A stretch of DNA of 62,515 nt, counting the filler, from Rhabdomonas costata (lineage: Eukaryota): the NCBI GenBank assembly GCA_019059605.1. It is 16 parts of 16 records of this genome, joined end to end, with 100 filler letters (N's around TTAATTAATTAA, not from the genome) between each part and the next. Parts side by side here need not be neighbours in the genome. Positions count along the whole stretch, not along the records: positions 11,904 to 15,718 come from JAHMHO010000507.1; positions 15,819 to 19,643 come from JAHMHO010000508.1; positions 19,744 to 23,552 come from JAHMHO010000509.1; positions 23,653 to 27,458 come from JAHMHO010000510.1; 12 more parts are not named here. One strand, 5' to 3'. Every line of letters starts with the position of its first letter. Position 1 is the stretch's first letter. Of this stretch, positions 13,422-26,231 are shown in pieces. A program made the position numbers and the translations under genes. The notes under the pieces were generated by a model. That model saw only the letters and a list, made by a program, of their open reading frames with translations, searched no databases and was not told the origin of the DNA.

Positions 13422-15718
13422 ATGGCTGGGGTGCTGCGGCGGGTGGTCTACCGCGCTGCCACGACAGGGCTGCAGTTCCTTGAGCGGCACGTCTGTGTCC
13501 CCGGGGACACCCCGACCCGGCGGCGGCAGAAGATCACTCTGGGGTGCATCCTGGGCTTGGGCTGGCTGACCCCTCTGGCGATGGGATTGCTGGCGTGGTG
13601 GGCCCAGGGCTTCGCTTACTCCGCGGCTGCCCTGCTCTCCGTGGTTTACTACCTCATCGCCGCCGCGGCGGGCCCGGTGCTGCTGCCCGTGTTCGTCCGC
13701 ACGAAATCCATGCGCGGGCTTCGCGCGGCGATCATGGTGCTGTGCTGGGGTCATATCCCGGTCGCCCTGCTGTCCTTGGGTGGACTGCAGTACAACTCCT
13801 ACGTGGGGCTGCAAATCGTGTTCACCTACGTGGTCATCGTCTTTTCATTTTTTGTTTTGTTTTCCTTTTTCACGCCAGGCTAAGTCTTTGCATGATCGGT
13901 TGGTGTCTCCCACCCTCTGGCGGTTGTTTGATTCCTTGCGTAATGCCCTTGACCAGCAGCTTTTTACTCTGGGGATCGGGGATCAGGATTGCCGTGAGGT
14001 TTCGAGTTATTTGAGGAGTTGAAGAACAGTAGCTTTGGAAAAGGCTTCTGACTTAATCGTTGAGTTTGGTGAGCAGGAGAGGAGATTCGGTGATCGGGTG
14101 GTTCTGCCGTGCTGCTTGGCTTTTTTTTTGTTTTTAGTTCTGCCTTTTCCTTCCATCCAATATGCATCCAGCATTGTGAGCATTGCTGTGACAACTTTGA
14201 TACATGCGTATTTGCTTTTTAACTATGGAGTGTTTCCCCGGAAGAGCACCACTGCGGTGCCCGCAGTCCTTTATTTTGAGATGTTCATAGGATGGGAAGT
14301 TGAATATCTTTTTGCGCTCTAGAGCTGGAACGACTGCGACGGAAGCAGTCCCCGTTCTTTATGCCTTTTTGTTAGCTGGGGCTGATTCTCTACGAGAGCT
14401 TCTCTGCGGCTGTGCTCTCCCTGGTGATGTCGTGTGCCCTTCTGGTGGTGTGGGCGATTGTGGAGGGGGAGCTGGGGCTGCCCCTGCCCTATGTCTACAA
14501 CCGCCGCACCCTTGTGGCCTTCCACGCCACGGAGTGCGTGACGATCTCCGGGGCCCTCCTCCTTGGGCTGTGGTACATGCTGCGGGCGATGCGGGAGGAG
14601 CTCGTGGAGCGCAGCCTGGGCGAGGCCCGCGCGGTGGCCATGGCGGAGGCCCGAGCCGCGTTCGTCGCCAGGATGTCCCACGAGATTCGCTCCCCCGTAT
14701 GTGTGAGAACGTCCACGTCCACGTTTACATTTGGATGTGTGTATTGAGTGCTGGAGATGCACTGACAGAAGGAGGACACCGTTTCCTACTCTCGCCACCC
14801 TCCACTCTCGTTGAAGTAAGTGGGCTCCCCCGTTTCATGCGTTATATTTCTTTTCTCTTTCCTCTTCTGGCATGCGAACATTGTCTCTCCAGACAAACAG
14901 GAGCACTTTCTTCCTTTTTTCCAGCTGACTGGGATCATCGGGCTGACTGAACTGCTGTCCCTGACCCCCTTGACGGGAGTACAGAGGCAATACAACGCCT
15001 CCATTGGGCATTGTGGTAAGGCCCTTCTTAACGTCGTCAACGATGTGTTGACCTTCGCGAAGCTGGAGGCCAGCAAGCTCAGCCTGGAGAGCCGGTGGTT
15101 TGACCTCCGGGAGTGCATCGAGGGCGCTCTGGCGGTGCTTCGGGGAGCGCTAAGCTCGCGGGGTGTGGAGATGGTGGTGGACATTCCGCGCTCCATCCCG
15201 CGGTCCGTGCTGGGGGACGACACAAGGCTCGCCCAAGTGCTGATCAAGTATGCACCACGATACGGGAGGAGGGTGGAAGAACTTGGCCGAGTCAGCTTGG
15301 GTGGGGTTGAAGCAGAGGCTTTTTGTTTGGAAAACAGCCGAAAAGGTTTAGGGTTTACGATTTTAGTTTGGTTTTCACACTCTTTCGTGCCGGTGGCAGC
15401 GAAGTGTGGTGCAACTGAATGCCTGGATTCCCCTCCTTATTTTTAATGGGGGATTTGAATTATGCATTGGAATGAGATTCTGCTTTCCCCAGAGTTCCGT
15501 TGGTTTTGCTGTTGCCAATGAAGGTTGAATTATCAGGAGGCCTTCTGAATGAACAGGAGAACTTCCTTAATTTTGGACTTATTTTATGGTAGCTCATCTT
15601 GCCCCTTGCCTCTCCTCTCCATAGCTTGCTGAACAACGCCAAAAAGTTCACCGCTGCCGGAGTCATCACCCTTCAGCTAGAGCTACGGGATAACCGCCTT
15701 GGGTTTCCCCCCAACACA
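13422..15718 (+). CDS. Membrane-bound sensor histidine kinase (TM region + HisKA + start of HATPase), 3'-truncated
   Basis: Exons 13422-13838, 14376-14696, 14925-15247 and 15625->15718 join in frame via GT-AG introns. H-box FVARMSHEIRSP|LTGIIG, N-box RLAQVLIN|LLNNAKKFT and several N-terminal TM helices. Confidence 0.92.
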
Positions 15719-16528
15719 NNNNNNNNNNNNNNNNNNNNNNNNNNNNNNNNNNNNNNNNNNNNTTAATTAATTAANNNNNNNNNNNNNNNNNNNNNNNNNN
15801 NNNNNNNNNNNNNNNNNNGTGGTGGGTGTGTTTGGTGTTGTGGTGCAGATGCGTGCTTTGGCGTTTGCAAGGCATTGTGTCGACGTTATGTAATTCGTTT
15901 GTAGAATTCCTTGTTGTCCAGGGGTGGGGGGCAGGTGCAGCGAGGTATCTTCTGAAACGAGTAAGAGGAACAGAAACACTCTTAATTGGCGTTCTGGTGT
16001 GTTGAATGCCGAGGTGGATAGCTGATCCCAGGGCGATTTATTACGAAGGGTGTTGGGAAAGGGGATCCTCCTAAAGTTGGAATTGTTTCCTAAGGGACCG
16101 CGCGCACCCTTCCGTACGTGCAATCCCACATTGCGAATTTAAGAATGGCTGAATTGGGACGAATACGGGAAGCGACCGACGGAAGCTCCACGGGAGGGAG
16201 GAAGCAAAACCAAGTGAGGTCGCATTGAACCTGACTCATTTTTTCATGAGTACGACCGCAAACGAAACACAGAGGTCAGGAGCTCCAAACGCAGTGACAC
16301 ATGGGGTGCTGAGACGTGAGCACACAAGCCTCAAAGACCAGAGAGGGGGGTGCCTAAGCTAACGACACCGCACACAATCACATCATCTCTTGGTTCTAGC
16401 ATTCACTAATACTCTTTGACTCCTTAGTGTGACCGCTTTGGTACTGTTTTTTTTGTGTAAACGTGCTTTTGCGCTTTTTGTTCTGCTGACCCCTTCGCCT
16501 TTGAGTTTCATTTGAGGGAGGAGTGAGA

Positions 16529-18414
16529 ATGTCGGGCCTGCCAACATCCCCCACGGGTCCTCCAGGGTCTTCTGTGACAGCCGCGACGCGGGACGAGAAG
16601 ATTACCCTTAGCGATGACGCTTTTACCGAGGCATTTGTCTGCTACCTTTTTTCGTGAGGCTGGGTGATTCCGGGCACGTGGTGGTGGTGCTCCCGTCAAG
16701 ATGTCTCTATCCCCTGATCTATGTCTTGAGTGACTTTACTCCCTCTTCTTTTCGTCCGCCCTTGCCCCTTCTTTTCCTCTGCCCCACCCCCTCACTTTTG
16801 TCATTCCCGGTTCCCGGTTCTACTTTGAAAGACCTCATTGGGTGTTTCTGTCCGTATTCTGTGTCTCGGAAGCAACGCTGACCGCCGGATGCACGCACGC
16901 ATTGCACCCCACAGCCTTTGTTGTGTGCGGGTTTAGTCTGCTGAGGCCCTGATCCACCGGGACTTCTTCCCCGACCTTCCCAAGCTGAAGGCCCATCTGA
17001 TGCTGCTGGACGTCGTGGACGGGGGCACGGCACAGCAGGCTGCCGCCCTGGACGCCGTCAAAGCCCTGGCACAGGAGGAGCACCGCAAGGCTTCCATGGT
17101 CGAAGGTATGCGCGCGGAATCCCACACGAACGAAAAGGGACCTTCAAAGACAGTTGCAGACAACAGCAGAGGAGAAGAGTGCAGGTGAATACGGGAAAGT
17201 GCGCGGAGCGCAGAAACAATGCAATCGACTTTTGAGGACTGTCTGCCATGGAGCTTTTGCCACAGATCTTTTTTCGTGGAGGTTGCTTATCAGTGCCTCT
17301 TCTTCCCAATGGTCGACCAAAGCGAAAATTAGAAAGGACATCGTTTGAAGAAAAAAGCCAGCACCCTGCCCACCGCAGGACATTTTTCACCCGAAGTATT
17401 CCAGGCAGTACAAGAAAGTTGCAAGTGTATGCCATTCGGGGTTGCCGCAACACAGACCCTCGTGATCATGATTGGTCCCTTGACATGCTGACACTGCGGT
17501 CGCCATGGTTTGTTTCTTGATCAGGAATGAACCTGGATGAGTTTCTCGGAAAGTACACCAACGAGGACGCTGTCTCCTTTGCTCAGCTGCAGGAGAAGCA
17601 CCGCAGGCTGCACCGCAAGAAGTACGGGTGGGTGTTTGCCCCGGACGAGGCCTTCAAGAAGCGCCTTCTGCTCTCTGGGGGCGAGCAAGCTCTGCTGGTC
17701 GTTGCACTTGTTTAGTTGATGCGATGTTTCGATGACGGTTCATGCATGCACATGTTACATATGTTGTCCTCGGGGTTAAGCACCTGTCAGTAGGATTAGC
17801 TTTTGGGCTGGTGTAATTTGGGGTTGGTTCGATTAGTGTGTGTCCGTGTCTCTTGGTTCCAGGATCGATCCTGAACATATTGGATGTTGAACACATTGGC
17901 GACTGGTGGCCCCGACAGCGACAGCTGCTGTGAATGAAGGTGCATTACTAAATGACACACGTGTATCAGGGATGCCGCCCTGGTAAGGTCAGTGCGTAAA
18001 AGAGACGGCATGCATATGGCAGTGGTAGGGCACGTTCCCTGTGAGAAGAAAGTAATGGTGCGGTGGAGGACTGAGTGCTAAGTTGCGTAGAGTAATGATT
18101 AGAGACAGAGTCTGCGTGGAATACCACGTTATTTCAGACCCCAAGAAACGCAAGCTGTCAGGTTGTGAGGTTTTCCTTGGCCTTGCTCTGCTTTTTTCTT
18201 GGGTGGTGTGAATGCGGTCTTAGAAAAAAGAAACATGTCTCTCAATTCTCCTCTTCGCAGGAGTACCAGAAGGAGGAAGAGCGCAAGCGGGAGGAGCTGC
18301 AGGAGCTGCGCACCCTGATGCTTCCACCCCCGCCGCGGGGCCCCTCGGAGGAGGGAGGTAGCAGCAGCACCTCGGCGTACCAGGCCGCCCATCCCCGGCA
18401 GATCAATCACGCTG
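16529..18414 (+). CDS. ESS2: Splicing factor ESS-2/DGCR14 (ES2) homolog, partial
   Basis: Exons 16529-16630, 16937-17105, 17525-~17697 and 18261-~18414. ES2-type motifs LSDDAFTE|SAEALIHRDFFPDLPKL and LDEFLGKYTNEDAVSF...KYGW. Confidence 0.85.
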
Positions 18415-21298
18415 GTGGCACCACCTCACGAATCACCACCCCTTCCTCTCAACTACTCAACTACTATCTTGCACTTCTGTGGCAGTGCACCGTTTTGGAT
18501 CATCACATCCTTGACTTTGATTTGGGAGTTGGGGAAACGATTCACCGGTTCCTTCGGTCAAGCTAATTGACCTGGCATGGGATTGTGGAGCAGTTGGCGT
18601 GTCCTCGCCGGGATTCAGGTTTCGGTGCACACGAGATGCACTGAAGATGTGCCATCGACAAACTATTTGGTTTCGAAAAACCTGGAGCTCAAAAAGCAGC
18701 TAAATTACTCATCCTGGCTTCGTTGTCGGCACTGCGCACCTGAACATGCCTGCGTATTGATTTTGAGTTGAAAAAACTCATCCTTCAGGACACAGAAAAA
18801 AGTGAGCGAGGAAATACGGTCATTGGGGTAAATCGTGACTACAGTGTGTCTTATCCATCTCCCCATGTAAGGTGGTTAGGTAAGGTCCAGTTAGGTTAGG
18901 AGAAGGATGTGGTTGTGGGTTGGGGAATGGGATTACAGGCACCCACCTCTCTGCAATGGTGACGGTTGCCAAGGACAAGGACCTGAGCTCCTTCGCAGCT
19001 CGTCCGCTGGAGAAGTGTGCCCACACTAAGCACGACACAAGCCACCCACTCTTAGCATTTTCCATGTGTGACCTGAGTGGGAGGGTAACTATTGTCCCCC
19101 CTCCCCTTCTGGGGGGGACTTCCTAAGAAATTTTCAGAGCTTGACGATGCAGTGCTTGCAGCCGTTTTTTCAGTGGGATAAAGACATGCATTTCTTTAGT
19201 GGTTTTGGAGGGGCATCCTAATGAACCCTTTTTTCCGTTATCAAATCGGATGGTGGATTGCAATTACGGTACCAGCCACTAGTCGTAAGTTGGTCTGTGC
19301 CATTGGTTGTTTGTGCTACCTTTGACTTAGTTTTTGGCTCCCAACTCCACCGATTATTTCCCCCTCCGTTGCAGGACGGTGTGGGAAGAGATCACTTCAG
19401 ACCTGTCTCTGATCGCCCAGAAGAAGCTGGAGAAGGAGCAGGTTTGTCTGTGTGTTTAGCGGCTTCCAGTCGCACATGATTCAGAAGGGTCATTGGATAG
19501 AGTGATAGGGTGTACGAATTTTTCCTTTTGAAATTCTCTGAGGTGATTGCCAATCATCTGACCCCACACGAGCCTGCTTGGTCGATTGTCTTGGAAAAAA
19601 TGTGAGCGAGTGCAATGGGCATTATCCCGTTGACCACCAAACCNNNNNNNNNNNNNNNNNNNNNNNNNNNNNNNNNNNNNNNNNNNNTTAATTAATTAAN
19701 NNNNNNNNNNNNNNNNNNNNNNNNNNNNNNNNNNNNNNNNNNNCTCTCCAACTCTTCTGATTGCTCCTTTCTCCTGGTACGGTGAGATCTCCCTTTAGTA
19801 AAGCGTTCCGCGGGTTGCAGCAATGCCAACGCGATGGAGCCTCATAGAGCAAGCAGAAAGAAGTTTTTCATTCTTTGAAGCCTGTATAAAAATGCCGCTA
19901 ACGGTGACATGTTTTGCAGTAGAGTTTTTTTGTTGGTAGAATTAAAATTTTACCTTTTTTTAAACCGTTCTAGGGCAATCAAATTCAGCCAAAAACAGCG
20001 CTGGACCTTTCCAGCGTTGCGAAAGAGACTGTTGTCACTCAAGTTGAGGTTTAGCAGCGGTAATACCCGGCGTGCTTTCACACCGTCAGCAAATGGAATC
20101 GAGTCAAAACCTATCACTTATTCTCAGTGGTGTTCAGTGAAGCTTCTCCTCCGCCGCCGCCGAGAGAAGTGCCTGCAGTTCTGGGCAATGCCCTGCATGG
20201 TGTGCACTGCATGCTGGTGACCTCCGGGCTGAGCTCAGAGGAGGCGGTGACATTGCTGCTGCGACGCCTGCAAAGGAAGTGAGGCGGTTGGGCATGCATA
20301 CTTTGGGATGGGAGGGCTTCCTTCTTTCCACGTTGTTTTTCTCTACGCGATGTCTACTCCTTTTCGCTGGGATCGGAATGGGTTTCTCCGTCTTCATTGA
20401 ATCTATTTTTTTGTGAGAGTTTGCTTACGATGCTCGAGATGCAGGGACAGCGGCCACTGCCCTTTGCCTCGAGGTTTCGCCTGCTTCTGGAGCCAGCGAT
20501 TGAAGGGACTTAAATTTTGGCCACCTCCTCTCGCTTCACTGGATATCGCTGTTGTTAGCCGCCCCACAGGGCGTCTCGTAGAGCTCCTCTGAGACAGTGC
20601 CTCCAACAGTCCTTCAAACTCACCCGACTGTCTCAAGGGCGCCCACTTCACACGCTCTTCAAGCGTAAGCTCAGCTGTTCACCAGGGCCTCTCCTGTTTT
20701 CGGCTCTTGTGTTGTGCTCTTTGCGTGGCATGTTTTTTCTTCCATTTCCCTTCCACACCTCCAACACACCCCCTGCCCCCATTCTTTTTGTTCTTTTGAT
20801 AGAGAGGGAGGCAGGCATGAGGCGGAAGCCTTTCAGGGAGAGTTTCATTTATCGTGCCCGTTTCCGCACAGTTCCCAGCGCTCTTGTGATTACAAGAGCT
20901 CAAGCTCAAATGGGCTTGGGCTTAATTTTTGATCTTGGGTTGGCAATGCTAGAAGGAGCATCGTTTTGGCCCGTTTTATTTCCTGTTTTTGTTTTTAGAA
21001 TCACACATACGCAGAAAATAAACAGCTAAAAGAAATACTAAATTTGTCCCTGATGCACCCCAAGAGGGCCGATTCGTCATTGCGGTGTTTGGCAGAAGCG
21101 GGGGAAGGTCCTCGAAAGTTGAGGTTGTTTGTTCTTGCTCTGCTGCTCTACTTGTCTCACACAGCTATTTTGCTCGCAAAAGGCAACCTTTCTTTCCAAG
21201 GCACCTTGATTTTTTGGGGCACCGTCCCCTTTCTCTGTAACCCTTCCCCTCATCTACCCCCATCCTTTCCTTTCCACTCTCACGACGCCTGCACTTAC

Positions 21299-22917
21299 AT
21301 GGAAACTGGAAGCAGGGGCTCCGTTTGGTGCCTTTGGACCGACGCGCAACAGTGGGGCCATGGAACAAAGCCGCTGCGGATGCTGGAGACCCACGTTCAA
21401 GGTCTGAGGCTCTCCGCTGCTGTGCATGCCCATTGCCCGATTATTCTCCCGCTACAGACCAGCCTGCATTTCTTCCGCGATGGGTTTTGCCCGCCTTCGA
21501 AGGACTTAGACACCGAGACCTCCTACAAGGTGACCAACTGTTCGGAGGCGGTGGTGGTCCGCATGTGGGGAGGCAGTGTGGATGCCATGGTGAGGGGCCT
21601 GTTCCCGGGGGGCCCAGATGCCGTTCATGGGGTGACGGCACACCGCAAAGGCGCCAGCAGCTTCACGGTGAAGATCTGGTCCAAGCATCTCCGGAATCCC
21701 AGCTATGCTGCGGCTATTCCGACGTTCCTGGCGGCAGTGCTGGGTGACCAGGGACGGAGGATCGCACAGAACCCATTCATGGCGTCCACTGGGAGTTTTG
21801 GGCTATTTGAGGAGATGGCCCCAAGTGGAGAGGAACCCCTTTGTTCCTCTATGCCGCCCCTGGTGATGCCCTCCGCTGAGCCTGCGGAGGTTGCCCTTCA
21901 GCAGCCTTCTGAGAAGGTTTGCAAAAGAAGAACTTGCAACTGTTTGTTTTTCAACGCAGCGTGGTTTGGCCCTGCGTAAGTCATCCCCCAACTCAGCATA
22001 TGCCTTTTACAGTGATGCTTTCGTGTAGTTTTCGTGGTAACGCTTGTTGCGGATGCGGATGCCAAAACTTAAGGTGTCCCCCATGGTATCCATTGACGCG
22101 AACCGGACCAGTTGGAGATGTGATGTTCTAGGGCCTGAAATTGAGCACCCTACCTACCTGCGCTGAGAGTTGGGTTCTGGTGGACAAGGTCACCATTCTG
22201 AGTTGGGTTGCACAGCTCAAGTCGCCTGGGTTTTCCCGGCCATTCATTCCCTCCGTCCTTTTTGCATAATGTCTTTCCAACAGCTTTGTCCCACAGCACC
22301 TCTCCACCTCTCTCGCCTTCTAGATTGCTTCCGCACTCTGCGGCCAGGAGGCTCTCTGTGCAACTCTGCGAGCCAAAAACAGCAGCGCCCCGCTGTGGAG
22401 CTTTTGGACGGACATCACGGAGGATGGGGCACTGCTGGTGGCTACTGGCGGCGGGTGCCGGAAGCTGGCAACCCTTCCCTTTGGGTCTCCCACCTTCTCG
22501 GAGACTATGCTCACTCTGTGTCCCGCTGTGCTCCCGCCGAAGGGCAGCGTTCATATCCTTCGCGAGGGGGTAAGTGTGGCAGACTCTGCGACTCACTCCA
22601 CGGATGGCTCGGCGATCAGGATGACGTTTGTGTGGGCGCGCCTTGCGGCTGTGCTGGTGGAGGGTCTGATCCCGGGCTGGCCGGAGGGTGTGGAAGGGGT
22701 TACCCTGACACACACCAGGGCAGATCTTTTCACTGTGAAGATTTACGCTTGCCCTTCCGGGAAAAAGGTCTTCCCCGATCTAATCCGGAAGGTTCTGGGT
22801 GCGATCTTCAGTCGCCGAGGGCTGTGGACGGCCTTGGCGAGGTTCTTGGGACCTGGTGGCAGCGTTGGGCCCCTGCACCTGGGCCCCCAAACCCTATCAG
22901 AGGCCGGGCCCTCGCAG
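21299..22917 (+). CDS. Protein with two tandem divergent eIF4E-like domains
   Basis: An exon ending at 21916 joins exon 22324-22917 in frame (GT-AG). Each exon carries WxxW...L-P-x3-S-x-H-x2-R-(D/E)-G...W...V-x-G-V...F-T-V-K-I-(W/Y), which aligns by eye with the eIF4E core. Start position uncertain. Confidence 0.62.
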
Positions 22918-23652
22918 GTTCCTGCTCGTCAGAACGTCGTCGTCGCCTCGTTTCTTTCCGCTGAGTTGTCATATGCCGCAGTTCAGGGTTTTGCTTCTGC
23001 TGACTAGGAATGGATGGAGGTGCTGTAGGGAGGCCCCTCCCGGTGTCTTGGGCTTGGATTGGGACTCTGACCGAGTAGGGGCTTGGAGTCATTCCCAAGC
23101 TTATGTGCGTGGGCTACGTGTCGTTGTGAGCGCGTTTGATCGTTCCTTCCCTCTCTACCAGGGTGCCCAAGGGTTTCTGGACCGCGGGGATCTTGGAGGC
23201 ATATCAGGCGTGTTGGCCAAAGTATAGGTGCACCTTCTTGTCGTAGTCTCTTGGTGAGCACATGGCCCCCTCATTACATGGTGCCCGCCAGGAATGCAGT
23301 GCCATCAGTGAAATCTCTGACACTCTGGGTGGAAATAGACGTTGGAGAGAAGGATCTTGGAAATGGTTCAGTCCAAAGCGGCCGGTTTCGCCTCAAGCAT
23401 CGAATTCAAAGGTGCGGGAAAAACGAACACACGGGGACAAAGTAGGGGCATGGCAATGGGGAGAGCTATGGAAATTGGTAACAACCCCGTCCACGAGTCC
23501 AGCAGACTCACTCCAACGCGCCAAAGGGTAACCCCTGTCCCCACACCAAAACNNNNNNNNNNNNNNNNNNNNNNNNNNNNNNNNNNNNNNNNNNNNTTAA
23601 TTAATTAANNNNNNNNNNNNNNNNNNNNNNNNNNNNNNNNNNNNNNNNNNNN

Positions 23653-25427
23653 TGGTTGGCTCGCCAGAGCACTACGCTGTCCGGGCTGAGGTAGATTCGG
23701 GTGCCCAGCTGTCCAATAATGTCGTTGACATCCGCCACCCCGTCCGCCTCCTGCTCTGGCGAGCCCACCACCAGCCCGCGGACGGCCCGAGACTCCAGCG
23801 CCTCGGCCAGAGTGGGGACATCCGTGCGACCACCAGGCTCACTGCACACAAGGAGCGGAGGGGGCACAGGGTCGGGAGTGTAAGCATTACGCTCTTTGCC
23901 CTGTATTTTTGTTATCTTCACTGCTCAAGCCGGGGGGGGGGAGCTTTCCTCGCCTTTTGCGCGGTGAGGTGACTGCCTTTCAACAAAGCTTGGGTTGCCT
24001 TGGCTTTCTGTTGACTCAGGATTTGCTTTCGCTGCTGCTGCTGCTGCTGCATTGAGATGCTCTGCCAAATAAGTGCCGCAAACCCTGCGAGGCTGCCCTT
24101 GCCAATGGCTGCAGTTACTGGCCAGGAAGAGGTTGAAAAACTGCACTCCCTTGAGAGCAGCTTCTCGGGCTTGTGATTCCATTAATCTCCGCAGTTCGCT
24201 CCTGCTCAACAGCATCCCTCTCCGCATGCACCATCACGAAGTAACTGTCTCAGGCTGCGGGGAGCAGTTGCCATGTGCAGTTTTTTTGAAGTTTCCTTCA
24301 GGTTCGGTTCCAATTTCTACCCTTCAGCCACACCGATCCGTCAAGCGGCTGAACAGGAACAGCAGGTCAGCCTCAGGGCAGGCGGATCCCACCAGCTTGG
24401 ACAGCGCCTTCACGAACGGGCCCTCGGCGACTTCCCCGGGCCCGACGGGCAGGCCACGGGCTTCAAGGGCGGCCCTGATGTACCCTGAGTAAGATCCCGA
24501 GAACCCATCCAATATTACCTGTGTGTCAAGGCATGATAGATGTGTAGAGATGAAAAGCCAGAAAAGGTACTTGTATGGGCATGCAAGGTGCAAAAGGAGG
24601 GGTAAAAAATAATTAGGTTACTGGCGCTTCTAACAAATGCACCCATATCCAAGTTCGATCATTTTTGTTGGCCTTCAAGACAAAAGCAAAATCTTAAATA
24701 CAGTCAGGATGTGTGCGCGCGTCGGAATTGCACTTTCCGAGCGAAAGAAAATGGTCAAACGTTCCTGCCAGCGGTAGAACCCCAGCGTTGCGCAGCCCGC
24801 GCTGCACATTCTGGATCACCCGCTCTGTTTCGCTGTCCTCCACGCGAAGCGCGTACCTCAGCTTCACCTGCACAGTAAAACAGCAAGTGAGGGGAATGCG
24901 ATACACGACAGCGAGTCTGTCTAAGCGGAAACTTCACAGAAAATAGGCAATGATACCAAGAAGTCAGCGAGGTTAAGCACTCCCTTTCCGTCAGCATCAT
25001 AGTAGCGGAACAGCGCCTCGAAGTCCTCTTCGGAGAGGGACACATCAGCTCCAGATCTCTTCATCAACTGAAAAATTGTCAATAGAGTCTCATGAAGAGC
25101 ACCTACAAGTACCAAATCTTCAAAGAAGGATTCTCCAAAACCGACCTGGGTGAAAGCCGCAAGAGAAAGGCTGGGTTGGCCCTTCTCCAGTATCTGGAAC
25201 TTGTCTTGGACCAGGGCAAGGGACTCCGTGTCGCGGACCTTCCTGGTAAGATGCTTCTGCAGATGGGTGTGGATCCTGTCTATCCTTTCCCGCATCACCC
25301 AGGGCGCAGGAGCTCGGCGCTGAGCATCAAACTGGGATGGAGCGACTCCAACGTCAATCTTGGAGTACGCGGGCTGGTATTGGGTAACTAAGCCTCTCAG
25401 CTGATCTTGAACTGTGATGCGAGACAT
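23653..25427 (-). CDS. EF-hand-containing protein, 3'-truncated
   Basis: Exons 25427-25146, 25067-24957, 24867-24781, 24518-24334 and 23841->23653 join in frame via GT-AG introns. EF-hand EEDFEALFRYYDADGKGVLNLADFL. Confidence 0.8.
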
Positions 25428-26199
25428 CCCAGTTGAGAAAAGGCGAGTAGAGTGTGGAGATGGGAGAGGAAGAGAGCCGAAAGAGCAGGTGCAAGGTGGA
25501 GCAAACTGTTTGAAGCAAAACAATTAGGAGCGAACAATTTGCTCAAAAACAGACATGCGTCGAACAACCAGTACACCGTAAGCAAGTGTCAGGGTAAAGT
25601 GCGGAATCTTTCCCAACCTGTGATAATGTGTCACCCTGAGGAAGGTTCAGTACAAAATATGAATGAAAGGATCAGGGTCAAAGTGGATCCATTTTTTCAT
25701 CATCCGTCAGCCATGAAAGATAATGAAAGGGGACGGCCCCTTCTTTAGGAAATGGCCATGTATCTTTCGATGATTCATAAGTGTTCTTCACGAAAAAAAA
25801 ATCCGGAGTTGATCCGATCTATTATTAATGCCAAAAGAAATAATGCCTTTACGGCAAGAACAAATGTTGAAGTATTGCCCACGATAGTCGCATTTTGGGT
25901 TCCCAGTTGGAAGGAAGTTAGGCATGGTCCTTGCCTTCGACAGAAAACGGGAACGGGCTGTGTTTAAGAAGAGACAGACTCCAACCGGATCCAGATGACT
26001 TAGCAGCGGTTCAAGCTGTGAACTCTCGCGGAAAAACGATTGCTCAATGAAGAGTTAAAAACTCCTCCTGCTTCCTACCGCCCTATATACCACTGCCTGG
26101 GTATCTGGGTATCTTTGAAAACTCGAGATCGTCATTTTCGACCAGCTTTGCTGAGTGACCGTTTCCAATTTGAAAGAATTATCATTCTCCTGAAGTGTA

Positions 26200-26231
<32 letters not shown>

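Noticed and set aside
24487-24781. Apparent non-canonical (GG-start) intron in the EF-hand gene
   Set aside because: An upstream CAG acceptor at 24519 gives a normal in-frame GT-AG intron.
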